From assembly GCA_017620655.1 (NCBI GenBank), contig JAGAUT010000085.1:939-64938 (forward strand): a stretch of DNA of 64,000 nucleotides. The letters run 5' to 3'. Source of the stretch: Clostridia bacterium. Lineage in GTDB: Bacteria; Bacillota; Clostridia; Oscillospirales; CAG-382. This document shows, piece after piece, positions 16,901 to 25,335 of this stretch; positions within the stretch are counted from its first letter, which is position 1, and each line of letters begins with the position of its first letter. The notes beneath the pieces were generated by a model. It did no database searches. It was not told the DNA's origin and saw only the letters and a list, made by a program, of their open reading frames with translations. The translations under genes were made by a program, and so were the position numbers.

Positions 16901-17294
16901 TTACTATATTTGCACAGTTGGATGCACCCTCTGCAGAAAGGTAGCCTGCAAGATAAGGCTCCGCGAGGTCTGTACCGCCGACGATCAGGGTTGCATCATA
17001 ATATCCGTTGGGAACAAAGGGACCAAAGGTAACTGTTCCGTCATAATTCGAAGTGCTCTGCTCAAAGTAGAGGATATCACTGTCGTCGGAATTATTATAA
17101 GCTTCAACATAATTTGTCTGGTCATATGTGCCCTTCAGAACAAACATTATATATTCGCTGTTTGGTGTCATATCAAGCGAAACCTCATACATTCCGTCGT
17201 CATCGGGCAGGAAGGTTGCCGCCGAAGTGCCTATGGCAAGAATGCACATAAGTGCCGCCAATACACAGAAAATCAATGAAATCCTTTTTTTCAT
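13932..17294 (-). CDS. secreted multidomain protein with Big_2 repeats, cohesin-like module and internal dockerin
   Basis: 1120 aa with a signal peptide. Ig-like Big_2 segments (VTWKSSDETIVAV...). Dockerin duplicate DANNDGAISLADV / DVDADGDVDEDDA. A beta-sandwich cohesin-like segment lies just before it. Confidence 0.75.
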   Translation of the reverse strand: MKKRISLIFCVLAALMCILAIGTSAATFLPDDDGMYEVSLDMTPNSEYIMFVLKGTYDQTNYVEAYNNSDDSDILYFEQSTSNYDGTVTFGPFVPNGYYDATLIVGGTDLAEPYLAGYLSAEGASNCANIVISGVNQRYTVAGVHSFDYVIEVETEVLDSFGYPSVTNEQVELSLLNNSEDISIDGNTITIGKTAKEQAFTVVAAAGGTTETVYVQIVRETPVYDRIEVYADKDCTESISEISVIGTAGNYPSVTVYAKTFDQYGDEIDDTYTYNYGGRFVESTFKPSAGSTYLTVSSKNSVVSKDVYVVTTTRPDYKGSALELYELIEACNERLSEDKNISTNGKDVYPDETWTTSDAVRTFGTAINTAKTALSSYGSAGYSDDDYEDEITALTKALTTFNNSFKAGLRVDLETMAFEEESAVITVNGTVELAVTTTPRIGLTTDVVTWKSSDETIVAVTDNGNGKAEIKGIASGKAIVTATSRAGLTDSIEVTVIKKATDIVLKSSADTAKYRGTPVVLSAQIKPTGCTDVVTWTVAKPEVLDLVYNEYIDEDGYRWVEATVVPKSAGKTRITVTAQYGNKTKEKDITVVMPDWETAEKPIANVESGSVLKGTRISLSSPTGGAAIYYTLDGTTPSMTNGREYKAPIALTQSLTLKAIAVIDGMYDSEVVTYEYKVVASAVRASSDVVRRGDDVDVIISVEDFVDIKEAVINISFDNTVLDWKDTEFLCGHIDELKSSLGEPEAKVVLNYKGDGTQEAFSYDGDVIKLTFRVREEAAEGKYYVSVSADNILKADDSTYDAASFDGTVVVNDYILGDANNDGAISLADVLIIKQYAAGKEYAVKNILLNASDVDADGDVDEDDAILVSKYCVGWNVTFGKQPEDVSSYHIISSYDVGLDADENWRYYYEVYNPLTGIKTSDIPSVKFDAKASNLTSTPALKEGTVVRITEDEMIDDSTSALVGSINLASCVWIKSANENAMVVVPVDNTLECKNCATEYVENYSGTTYNDFLGNKQQSNVVTVTEDTAFVIMEYSSLGSSFLKWSTIKKIGYEDVIEAKNYIRCYNDKSVDGNNNYQTTYADYVKALVCANESGEAEFVIVVKNGDDAAAYNVPCDNCK

Positions 17295-17467
17295 AATTTT
17301 TGTAACCTCTCTGAGAATAGCATTTTAACGGGTACAATTTCCCATTTACATTTAATCGATGATATTATAACATAAAAAAAGCTCCGTGTCAACATTCGCA
17401 GACGACCTTTTTTTACCATTCGTGTTGAGGATTTCTCACAATTGACAGGTGTTTTTCACCTTCTGAT

Positions 17468-17495
17468 CAAAAAAAGAACACGGCTCTTGCCGTGT
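17468..17495 (-). terminator. intrinsic terminator after small acidic membrane protein gene
   Basis: ACACGGC-TCTT-GCCGTGT followed by a T7 run on the minus strand. Confidence 0.7.
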
Positions 17496-17521
17496 CCCTC
17501 GAGTGTTATGGTGTATTTGCC

Positions 17522-17761
17522 TTATGCTTCCTCTTCGTCAACCGCTACTGTTTCGGTTTCGATTTCGGGCTCGCATTCAAACGTTTCATCCTCATCCTCA
17601 AAGGAAAGGGTGATATCTTCATCGGTGGCTTCGTCGATCATTTCGTCATCGATACCTTCGATGCAAAGAGAAATTCTGAGCTTTTTGAGCATAACTGCAA
17701 TAAGTGCAAAGATTGCTGTTGCAGTAACAACCGCACCTATAATGTAATAAAACTTTTTCAT
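17522..17761 (-). CDS. hypothetical small membrane-anchored acidic protein
   Basis: 79 aa with one N-terminal TM helix and a D/E-rich tail. Followed by its own terminator. Confidence 0.45.
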   Translation of the reverse strand: MKKFYYIIGAVVTATAIFALIAVMLKKLRISLCIEGIDDEMIDEATDEDITLSFEDEDETFECEPEIETETVAVDEEEA

Positions 17762-17884
17762 GGAAAATCCCCCTATCTATGCTGAAAATATTTATAAATT
17801 TATATTTCTATTTGTATTATAACACATTTTATCGGGAATGTGTTACGAAAAATAGAATTTTTGAGATTTTTTTCAAACATGGAT

Positions 17885-17920
17885 GAAAACGCAAAAGAGC
17901 GTTGCCAAAGCAACGCTCTT
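17885..17920 (-). terminator. intrinsic terminator after rplL
   Basis: 11-bp stem AAGAGCGTTGC/GCAACGCTCTT followed by TTGCGTTTT on the minus strand. Confidence 0.8.
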
Positions 17921-17956
17921 TCTGTTAAGCATTTTTTATTTTTTATAAAAACAAAA

Positions 17957-18337
17957 TTACTTAAGTTCAACGCTTGCGCCTGCAGCAACGAGCTGTTCCT
18001 TAATCTTTTCAGCTTCGTCCTTGGAAACGCCTTCCTTAAGTGTCTTGGGAGCGCCTTCAACGAGGTCCTTAGCTTCCTTGAGGCCGAGACCTGTGATTTC
18101 TCTAACTACCTTGATAACGCCGAGCTTAGAGTCGCCAGCGGAAGCAAGAACTACGTCAAATTCTGTCTTTTCTTCAGCTGCAGCTGCACCAGCGTCTGCT
18201 GCTACTGCGCCTGCTACTGCTACGGGAGCAGCGGATACGCCGAATTCTTCTTCGAGAGCCTTTACGAGGTCTGCGAGTTCGAGGATTGTAAGACCCTTGA
18301 TTTCTTCAAGAATCTGCATTGTCTTTTCTGTTGCCAT
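17957..18337 (-). CDS. rplL: 50S ribosomal protein L7/L12
   Basis: 126 aa with an Ala-rich hinge and C-terminal [23 protein letters not shown]. Confidence 0.95.
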   Translation of the reverse strand: MATEKTMQILEEIKGLTILELADLVKALEEEFGVSAAPVAVAGAVAADAGAAAAEEKTEFDVVLASAGDSKLGVIKVVREITGLGLKEAKDLVEGAPKTLKEGVSKDEAEKIKEQLVAAGASVELK

Positions 18338-18425
18338 TGTGAGTTACCTCCAATTATTCGTTAAATTTAATATTGTCACGGTCCTTCAAAGGCTGACCGC
18401 ACGCCTTGGAAAAAGCAGATAATAA

Positions 18426-18962
18426 TTATTCTGCTGCAGCTTCTTCTGCAGGTGCTTCCGCAGGAGCTTCGCCGCTCTTGTCGATAATAGCCTGGAGTGC
18501 GTAAGCGAGGCCGTAGAGAGGACCCTGGATGCTTCCGAGTACCTTTCCGATAAGAACTTCCTTAGAAGGAATCTTAGCGAGGGCTTCAACTTCAGATGCT
18601 TCAATAACAGCACCGTCCATCATACCGACTTTAACCTTGAATGTTTCATTTGCTTCAGCGAACTTGCAGAGAACCTTTGCGGGTGCAAGGGGATCTTCGT
18701 TGCTGAAAGCAAAAGCTGTCATACCTTCAAGATAAGGTTCGAAACCGCTGATACCTGCGATGTCTGCTGCCTTCTTGATGTATGTGTTCTTAATAACAGT
18801 GTAGTCAACGCCTGCCTTACGGAGTTCAGCTCTGAGGGCTGTATCCTTATCAACAGTGATGCCGCAATAGTCAACGATAACGCCGGACTTTGCATTCTTC
18901 ATCTTTTCAGCAAGCTCTGCTACTAACTGCTGCTTCTGTTCAAGAATCTTTGCGCTTGGCAT
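18426..18962 (-). CDS. rplJ: 50S ribosomal protein L10
   Basis: Trimmed to ATG 18962 behind a GGAGGTG RBS. MPSAKILEQKQQLVAEL... is typical L10, directly upstream of rplL. Confidence 0.9.
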   Translation of the reverse strand: MPSAKILEQKQQLVAELAEKMKNAKSGVIVDYCGITVDKDTALRAELRKAGVDYTVIKNTYIKKAADIAGISGFEPYLEGMTAFAFSNEDPLAPAKVLCKFAEANETFKVKVGMMDGAVIEASEVEALAKIPSKEVLIGKVLGSIQGPLYGLAYALQAIIDKSGEAPAEAPAEEAAAE

Positions 18963-19155
18963 ATGTTTCACCTCCCAAAAATAAAAAATGCCCTTTTCGA
19001 CCATAGAAAAAGGACAATGTAGGGAGAATATAAATACAAAATATCACTATTCTCATTAAATTACATCTTCCTCGACAGGCGAACCGTTGCCAACGGCTCA
19101 TTATAGTCTCTGACGGCACTTCTGCGCCGTCCGACCACCTGTTTTCTTCGGTCAA
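18963..19155 (-). promoter_or_regulatory. long rplJ 5' leader, candidate L10-leader autoregulatory RNA
   Basis: About 190 nt between the predicted promoter and the rplJ ATG, with several stems (e.g. CCGTTGGCAACGG). The position matches the Firmicutes L10 leader. The structure was not modelled. Confidence 0.45.
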
Positions 19156-19162
19156 CATGAGC

Positions 19163-19191
19163 ATATTACCACAAACAATTACGTTTGTCAA
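19163..19191 (-). promoter_or_regulatory. SigA-type promoter upstream of rplJ
   Basis: TTGACA (19191-19186), a 17-nt spacer, then TAATAT (19168-19163) on the minus strand. Confidence 0.5.
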
Positions 19192-19231
19192 TACTTTTTT
19201 GAAATATTTTTATTTTAATGTTTTCCGACAT

Positions 19232-19765
19232 TCAGTGCGAAGTGAGGGCGGATAAGATTGCTTCGCATACCTCATTCTCGGTTAATTCATCCGTATAAAT
19301 TACTTTTTCAAATTCACTCAAATCAGCATTATATGCGTTCAGACACCTTTCCGTCTGCTGAAATGCCCACGAACCAGCCTCATCACCACGCTTTGACAGT
19401 CGTTCATGCACAGTTTCTTCACTTGCAAGAAGGCAAAAATGATATGTTTCATCAATGCTTTCAAAGCCACTTTTGATATGTGAAAAACACTCATGGTTGC
19501 ATATTGTCATAGGCACAATTAAGGTTTTGTGGTATGTATTTACCAATTTTTCTGCAACAGTTACAGTTAATTCCTTCCACAGAATCAAATCCTGAAAATC
19601 ATCCGTTTTTTCTTTGGGAAGCTTGACTTCGTCGGTGATTATATTCCGAAGCATGAATCCAACTTCTTCGGGGTCGTAAATCATTGAGTTTTTTAGTTTT
19701 TGATGCAGAAGTTCGGCAACCGTCGTTTTGCCCACACCGAAGGGACCGTTTATCATTATTATCAT
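19232..19765 (-). CDS. P-loop NTPase/kinase, TmrB-like (tunicamycin-resistance-type) family
   Basis: Start trimmed to ATG 19765. Walker A INGPFGVGKTT sits at the extreme N-terminus as in TmrB and chloramphenicol-phosphotransferase-like kinases. Confidence 0.55.
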   Translation of the reverse strand: MIIMINGPFGVGKTTVAELLHQKLKNSMIYDPEEVGFMLRNIITDEVKLPKEKTDDFQDLILWKELTVTVAEKLVNTYHKTLIVPMTICNHECFSHIKSGFESIDETYHFCLLASEETVHERLSKRGDEAGSWAFQQTERCLNAYNADLSEFEKVIYTDELTENEVCEAILSALTSH

Positions 19766-19779
19766 AATTAAAACCCTTT

Positions 19780-20832
19780 TTACAATTCCACTTTCATATA
19801 CCCACAAGTAAACGGAAAGAAATCAAAATTTTCTGTACCTGTATGAATAAATCCGAAAGACTCATACCAACTGCGAAGCACAATATTTTCCTCAACAATA
19901 CCAATTTTCATTTGAGTACAACCCATTTTCCGAGCCTCATCAAAAGCGTGAAGTAACAGTGTTTTGCCTATACCATTATGTCGGTATTCCGGCAAAACAG
20001 CAAGGTTATTTAATTCGCATACGCCGTTTTTGGGCAAGGTAAGAGAATAATATCCCACAAATTTGTCACCGTCAAAGTATGCGAACATAGGTCTTTTTTC
20101 ATTTGCAAACTGCCACAAAAGCCGTTCTTCACTCATGGCAAAGGCGGTAAATCTCGGTGCGTTTTCGGGCGTAAAGCCAAACTCGTCTGCAACTGTCTGG
20201 AAGGCACGCTTTATTACAGAGACACATTCGGGGATGTGGTTTTGTTGAATTGTCATGATACGTTTTTTCAAAACAAATGTCAACGCATCAAACCGTTCAC
20301 CGTCAACCTCACGAATACCGACTTTTCTTCCTACAATGTCAAAGCCGAGCTTTTCAGCACACTTTATCATACGAGTATTTCCTGACCATGTTTGCGTATA
20401 AATCCCGTTAATTCCGTTATTTGCAAGATAATCTATATACGCCAAGAGTGCCTTTGTGCCGACACCGTTGCCCCACACTGTCTTTTCGCAAATATCAATA
20501 CCGATTGCAAGGCGTGGTTCGGCGTTTTCACTTGCTTTGTCTGCAGATATTCTGTTATATTCGTTATCAATATAATAAGCATTTACCCAGCCGATATGAT
20601 GTCCGTCATATTCAATTTCAAATCTTCGGCGAAGCGTGCTTTGGGAAAGATTCTCTACAGATTTGTAAAAGGCTGCCCAATGCTCTCTTTCGTCAGCTTC
20701 ATTTGTTTCGACTTTTTCCCACGGAGCATCCCATTTGCACCATTCGGTTTGGGTTGTAAACCAGCGGACATAATCTTCAATATCGGCTTTAACCATGTCA
20801 CGCAGGATTATGTTTTTATGTTCAATTATCAT
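19780..20832 (-). CDS. fusion of two GNAT N-acetyltransferase domains
   Basis: 350 aa from ATG 20832 (AGAGGA RBS). Two acetyl-CoA motifs: VWGNGVGTKAL and EYRHNGIGKTLL. Confidence 0.75.
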   Translation of the reverse strand: MIIEHKNIILRDMVKADIEDYVRWFTTQTEWCKWDAPWEKVETNEADEREHWAAFYKSVENLSQSTLRRRFEIEYDGHHIGWVNAYYIDNEYNRISADKASENAEPRLAIGIDICEKTVWGNGVGTKALLAYIDYLANNGINGIYTQTWSGNTRMIKCAEKLGFDIVGRKVGIREVDGERFDALTFVLKKRIMTIQQNHIPECVSVIKRAFQTVADEFGFTPENAPRFTAFAMSEERLLWQFANEKRPMFAYFDGDKFVGYYSLTLPKNGVCELNNLAVLPEYRHNGIGKTLLLHAFDEARKMGCTQMKIGIVEENIVLRSWYESFGFIHTGTENFDFFPFTCGYMKVEL

Positions 20833-21316
20833 TTGTTTTCCTCTCAAAAACCATTCTCAGTTCCGTTTGTTCAGTCCCAATCAAGACTTTCTTTTCTGCA
20901 CCATCAAATCTGAATCCGTATCTTTCGTAAAAACGTATAGCCTTATCGTTTCCTTTGAGCACCCAAAGGGCGATTTTATTATAATCAGACATCCTCTTTA
21001 CCGCTTCATTCATAAGACCAAAGCCTATCTTTTTTCCGTGGTATTCTTCAAGGACATACAGACCTTGTATTTCGCCCATATCTGTGTCCTTTTCATCACG
21101 GTATGCACCAAAGCCGACAAATCCTATAACGGTTCCGTTTTCAACAGCAACCAAGGAATTATCCTTTTGAAATGAAGCAATTTTCTCACACTTTTCAAGG
21201 GACATTGTGTTCAAATAACTGTCATCGATAAGTCCCGTGTAAGTTTCTTGCCAAGATTTGTAAAGGACATAGCCCATGCCGTTTACTTCAGCTTGGGTTG
21301 TAACTGGTTTTATCAT
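20822..21316 (-). CDS. GNAT family N-acetyltransferase
   Basis: 164 aa from ATG 21316 (AGGTGA RBS). Motif A: EYHGKKIGFGLM. Confidence 0.75.
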   Translation of the reverse strand: MIKPVTTQAEVNGMGYVLYKSWQETYTGLIDDSYLNTMSLEKCEKIASFQKDNSLVAVENGTVIGFVGFGAYRDEKDTDMGEIQGLYVLEEYHGKKIGFGLMNEAVKRMSDYNKIALWVLKGNDKAIRFYERYGFRFDGAEKKVLIGTEQTELRMVFERKTNDN

Positions 21317-21320
21317 AAAA

Positions 21321-21749
21321 TCACCTGCAATCATATACATAGTTCAAAAGATTTTCCGCCTGCGACACGCAAATAAATCCGCATTTTTCAAAAAACTTGA
21401 TTGAATCAGTATTGTCCGTTGCTATGGAAACTTCAATTCTATCAAACGTACAAGGCAAAACACCGCTTTTAATATCTCTTATCGCCGCTGTTCCATAGCC
21501 TTTGTTCTGATGTTCGGGGAAAATCAAAATACTTAAATATAAAGTATTTCCGTCAAACTCGGTGTGAACAGTTCCGACTAAAGTGTTTTCGCTGTAAATT
21601 TTGTAGTATGAAATCTTTTCCTCAGTAGTAATATAATTCCAATAGTTGTCGCTGATGCTGATAAACTTTGATATTTCCGGAAGTGAGTGCACAGAGGCAA
21701 GATGTGGGATATCAGTATCCTTTGTATCTTTAATCTCAATATATTTCAT
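21321..21749 (-). CDS. GNAT family N-acetyltransferase
   Basis: 142 aa. Motif A: EHQNKGYGTAAI. Confidence 0.7.
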   Translation of the reverse strand: MKYIEIKDTKDTDIPHLASVHSLPEISKFISISDNYWNYITTEEKISYYKIYSENTLVGTVHTEFDGNTLYLSILIFPEHQNKGYGTAAIRDIKSGVLPCTFDRIEVSIATDNTDSIKFFEKCGFICVSQAENLLNYVYDCR

Positions 21750-21880
21750 TTTCTTTCACCATTTCAATTATACCACCACCCCCTCACCCTGTCAATCAAC
21801 TCATAGTTTACACAAACCCCTTTACTTTTTCACAATAATAATGTAAGATATTTCTTGGAATTTACATAAGGAGGGGAAGT

Positions 21881-22741
21881 ATGTTCAAAAGAAACGAAAA
21901 GAACGGCGTTTGTTTTTACACAAGTCCCACACTTGAAAAGTACGGCATAGTCCACGGCTTTTTTACCCGACACGGCGGTGTAAGCGGCGGCGATTTTGAT
22001 TCCCTCAACGTAAGTACGGCAAGAAAAGACAGAAGCGGAAGCCTTGACAATCAAAAAAACGTACTCGAAAACTACCGTATTGCCCTCTCGGCTCTCGGCA
22101 CTGTTCCCGAAAAAGCAGTCGGTGCAAAGCAGGTGCATGAAAACACGGTTTTAAGGGTGACAGACGAAGATTGTGCAAGAGGCATAAACCCGAGTCTTGC
22201 CGAATTATCCGGCTGTGACGGGTTGTTTCTTGACGGCTCGGCAAGAAAAATCGATGCTCTTTGCGTCAAGACCGCCGACTGTGTACCCATACTGCTTTCA
22301 TCAAAAGACGGAAAGGAAGTTTCTGCCGTTCATGCAGGCTGGCGCGGAACTGTCGCCGACATTGTAACAAAAGCGGCGGAAAGATTCACCTGTAAAAAAG
22401 AGGACATACTCTGTGCGATAGGACCTTGTATCGGCGTTTGCTGTTACGAGGTAGGCGAAGAAGTATATGAAGCTGTAAAAAGGTTATTTGCTTTCAAGGG
22501 CATTGAGGACAGGACAGACAGCATGTTCAGAAATGTCTGCTCCTGCTCGGCAAATACCAAGAAAAAAGCCAATCTTTCAGAGATAAACAGACAGCTTCTT
22601 ATTAACTTCGGCATACCCGAAGAAAACATTGATGTGTCGGAAATCTGCACGGCATGCCACGAGGATGAATTTTTCTCCCACAGAGCAAGCGGCGGATTTT
22701 CGGGGACTTTTCCATCAATCATCAAGCAGAATTCTAATTAA
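21881..22741 (+). CDS. pgeF: YfiH/PgeF (DUF152) purine-nucleoside phosphorylase / peptidoglycan editing factor family
   Basis: 286 aa with HGFFTRHGGVS, KTADCVPILL and HAGWRGT motifs. Confidence 0.85.
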   Translation: MFKRNEKNGVCFYTSPTLEKYGIVHGFFTRHGGVSGGDFDSLNVSTARKDRSGSLDNQKNVLENYRIALSALGTVPEKAVGAKQVHENTVLRVTDEDCARGINPSLAELSGCDGLFLDGSARKIDALCVKTADCVPILLSSKDGKEVSAVHAGWRGTVADIVTKAAERFTCKKEDILCAIGPCIGVCCYEVGEEVYEAVKRLFAFKGIEDRTDSMFRNVCSCSANTKKKANLSEINRQLLINFGIPEENIDVSEICTACHEDEFFSHRASGGFSGTFPSIIKQNSN

Positions 22742-22743
22742 AC

Positions 22744-22874
22744 GGCTCCCTTGTGCAAAGGGAGCTGGCAGCGTTAGCTGACTGAGGGATTGTCGCCAAA
22801 CTTCAAATTACAATCCCTCCGATTTTCGTCACGAATTATGTGACGAAAACCACCTCCCTTTACACAAGGGAGGC
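22744..22874. repeat. P-family pair (box-to-box orientation)
   Basis: Units 22744-22793 (reverse) and 22810-22874 (forward) share the boxes GAGGGATTGT / ACAATCCCTCC and the hairpin CCTCCCTTTACACAAGGGAGG. Confidence 0.85.
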
Positions 22875-22903
22875 TTACAAGATAAACTCAAAAGGATATT
22901 TCA

Positions 22904-23752
22904 ATGAAAGACATATACAACAAAGCATATCTTGAAATAACAAATGTATGTAACCTTTCCTGCTCATTCTGCAAGGGAACCGACAGGGACAAATGCTTTA
23001 TGTCGGAGGAAAATTTCACGGTTGCCGCAAAGAAGCTGAGACAGGTTACATCCTATATATATTTCCACATTCTCGGCGAGCCGACATTACATCCGAACCT
23101 CGAAAGGTTCCTTGACATTTGCCATGAGCTTGATTTCAAGGTTATCATAACCACCAACGGCACACTTCTGTCAAAGGTCGGGGATTTTTTGCTTGACTCC
23201 CCCATCCTGCACAAGGTAAACATATCCTTGCACGCATTGGAAGCAAACGAAAGGCTTTCCTTTGACGAATATCTTGACGGCTGTGCCGACTTTGCAAGGA
23301 AAATGTCGGAAAAAGGTAAAATATGCGTGCTTCGACTTTGGAACGGAGATTCTGACGGGAAGTACGGCAGCGGAAAGCTGAATGACGGTATAATGTCACG
23401 GTTGGAAAACAGCTTTGACAGGGCATTGTGGAAGCAAAACACAAAAGGCTTTCGGTTGTCGGACAAGCTGTTTCTGGAATTTGCAGAACGGTTTGAGTGG
23501 CGTGAAAATGATGATGACGAACAGGTGCGTTGCTACGGTCTTCGTGACCAGATAGGCGTGCTTGTTGATGGCAGGATTGTCCCTTGCTGTATTGACTGCG
23601 ACGGTGCAATAACTCTCGGCAACATTTTCACGGACGATATAATAAATGTAATAAACTCCCCTCTTGCTGTGGAAATGGCAGAGGGTTTCAGAAACGGAAA
23701 GGCCGTACATCCATACTGTAAAAAATGCGGGTTTGTAAGAACCCGACTGTGA
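22904..23752 (+). CDS. radical SAM protein with C-terminal Cys-rich (SPASM-like) region
   Basis: 282 aa. CNLSCSFC is the CxxxCxxC cluster motif. C-terminal PCCIDCDG...HPYCKKCGF. No precursor-peptide ORF seen nearby. Confidence 0.8.
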   Translation: MKDIYNKAYLEITNVCNLSCSFCKGTDRDKCFMSEENFTVAAKKLRQVTSYIYFHILGEPTLHPNLERFLDICHELDFKVIITTNGTLLSKVGDFLLDSPILHKVNISLHALEANERLSFDEYLDGCADFARKMSEKGKICVLRLWNGDSDGKYGSGKLNDGIMSRLENSFDRALWKQNTKGFRLSDKLFLEFAERFEWRENDDDEQVRCYGLRDQIGVLVDGRIVPCCIDCDGAITLGNIFTDDIINVINSPLAVEMAEGFRNGKAVHPYCKKCGFVRTRL

Positions 23753-23800
23753 CAAGAATCGAAATTGCGTATAAGCCGTTCTAATAAAGGTGCTAAATTA

Positions 23801-23957
23801 AAAGGTCTTTGCTTACTTTCTCCTTAAGAAAGTAAGGACAATCCCTCCGAGTTTTGCCAAGCAAAACCCACCTCCCTTTACACAAGGGAGGCATAGTTTC
23901 GAAAAAGCCCGCCTTGTGCAAAGGAGGGTGTCAGTCGAAGACTGACGGGAGGATTGT
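23801..23957. repeat. R module (23801-23836) followed by P-family inverted pair (23838-23892, 23907-23957)
   Basis: AAAGGTCTTTG + hairpin CTTACTTTCT/AGAAAGTAAG, then two P units with variable hairpins at 23851-23867 and 23930-23946. Confidence 0.85.
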
Positions 23958-23982
23958 AAAAATATAAGAAAGGCGTAAACAT

Positions 23983-24888
23983 ATGAACATTATAAATTCA
24001 ATCTACATATTACTTGCAGGCATATTCTGGGGAAGCATGGGACTTTTTGTCCATGTGCTTACAGACACATTCGGATTTTCTTCAATACAGGGTGCTGTAC
24101 TCAGAATCACAAGCTGTGCTTTGATTCTCTTTGTTTTTCTACTTGTATACAACAAAAAACTTTTAAAAATCAGCGTACGTGACATTCCGATACTTGCCCT
24201 GAACGGTCTTATAAGCGTGTTGCTTATGACGGTATTTTACTTCAGTTCCATAAGCAGCGACACGTCCATGTCAATTTCCGCCGTACTTCTTTATACGGCA
24301 CCGTTTATAGTAATGTTTCTTTCGTGTATTTTCTTTAAGGAAAAGATTACATTTCAAAAGATAGTTGCGCTTATTATTGCCTTTGCCGGCTGCTGTCTTG
24401 TATCACTCACAGAACCCGGATATTCTACGCCTTCGGGCATCATTCTCGCTCTTTTGTCGGCGGTTGCATATGCCCTTTACAGCATATTCGGAAGCATGGC
24501 TCTTAAAAGGAATCTTGAGCCTTTTACGGTTACTTTTTACTCTTTCTTGTTTGCATCTTTGGGCTGTATCGTCATCTTCTTTGTTACAGATATGCCGAAA
24601 AAGATATCCGGAGTTGAAAACCTGCCTGTGTTTGCCCTTGCCGTTTTTGCAACGGGTCTTATTACGGCAGTCCTTCCCTTCGTACTTTACACAAAAGGTC
24701 TTTCGGGAACAAGCCCGGCAAAAGCATCCATAATGGCATACATAGAGCCCATTTCTGCCTGCGTCTTCGGCTATTTCAGAGGTGAAAGCATGACTGCACT
24801 TATGATTTTGGGCATTTGTCTGACACTTGCTTCAATTGTATTCCTCAACATAAAAATACCGCATCTTTCGGGTAAGGACAAGCAATGA
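23983..24888 (+). CDS. EamA/DMT-superfamily transporter
   Basis: 301 aa with about 10 TM segments in two internally repeated halves. Confidence 0.75.
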   Translation: MNIINSIYILLAGIFWGSMGLFVHVLTDTFGFSSIQGAVLRITSCALILFVFLLVYNKKLLKISVRDIPILALNGLISVLLMTVFYFSSISSDTSMSISAVLLYTAPFIVMFLSCIFFKEKITFQKIVALIIAFAGCCLVSLTEPGYSTPSGIILALLSAVAYALYSIFGSMALKRNLEPFTVTFYSFLFASLGCIVIFFVTDMPKKISGVENLPVFALAVFATGLITAVLPFVLYTKGLSGTSPAKASIMAYIEPISACVFGYFRGESMTALMILGICLTLASIVFLNIKIPHLSGKDKQ

Positions 24889-25334
24889 AAAAGTTACTTA
24901 TAAGCGCCTGTCTGTACGGCAAGAAGTGCAGATATGACGGTGGGGACAATCTCATAGCGGAGCTTGATTTGTTAAGGGATAAATGCACTCTTATTCCGGT
25001 GTGTCCCGAGGTTTCGGGAGGTCTTGAAACACCGAGAAATCCGTCGGAAATTGTGGGCGACAGGGTTGTTATGAATGACGGAACGGATGTTACCGCAGAA
25101 TATACAAAAGGCGCCGAAATTGCCCTTGGCACAGCTATTGAAAACGGCTGTGAAGTTGCACTCATGAAAGCAAAAAGTCCGTCATGCGGATGCGGCAGGA
25201 TCTATGACGGTACATTTTCAAGAACACTTACCGACGGCGACGGAATTACGGTCAGATTATTAAAGGAAAACGGAATTAAAGTATTTAACGAAACGCAGAT
25301 AAAAGAGCTTCTCGAATATATTTCGGAGGAATAA
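24885..25334 (+). CDS. DUF523 (TudS-like) family protein
   Basis: 149 aa. ISACLYGKKCRYDGG and PVCPEVSGGLETPR are DUF523 hallmarks. 4-nt overlap with the upstream gene. Confidence 0.7.
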   Translation: MKKLLISACLYGKKCRYDGGDNLIAELDLLRDKCTLIPVCPEVSGGLETPRNPSEIVGDRVVMNDGTDVTAEYTKGAEIALGTAIENGCEVALMKAKSPSCGCGRIYDGTFSRTLTDGDGITVRLLKENGIKVFNETQIKELLEYISEE

Positions 25335-25335
25335 A

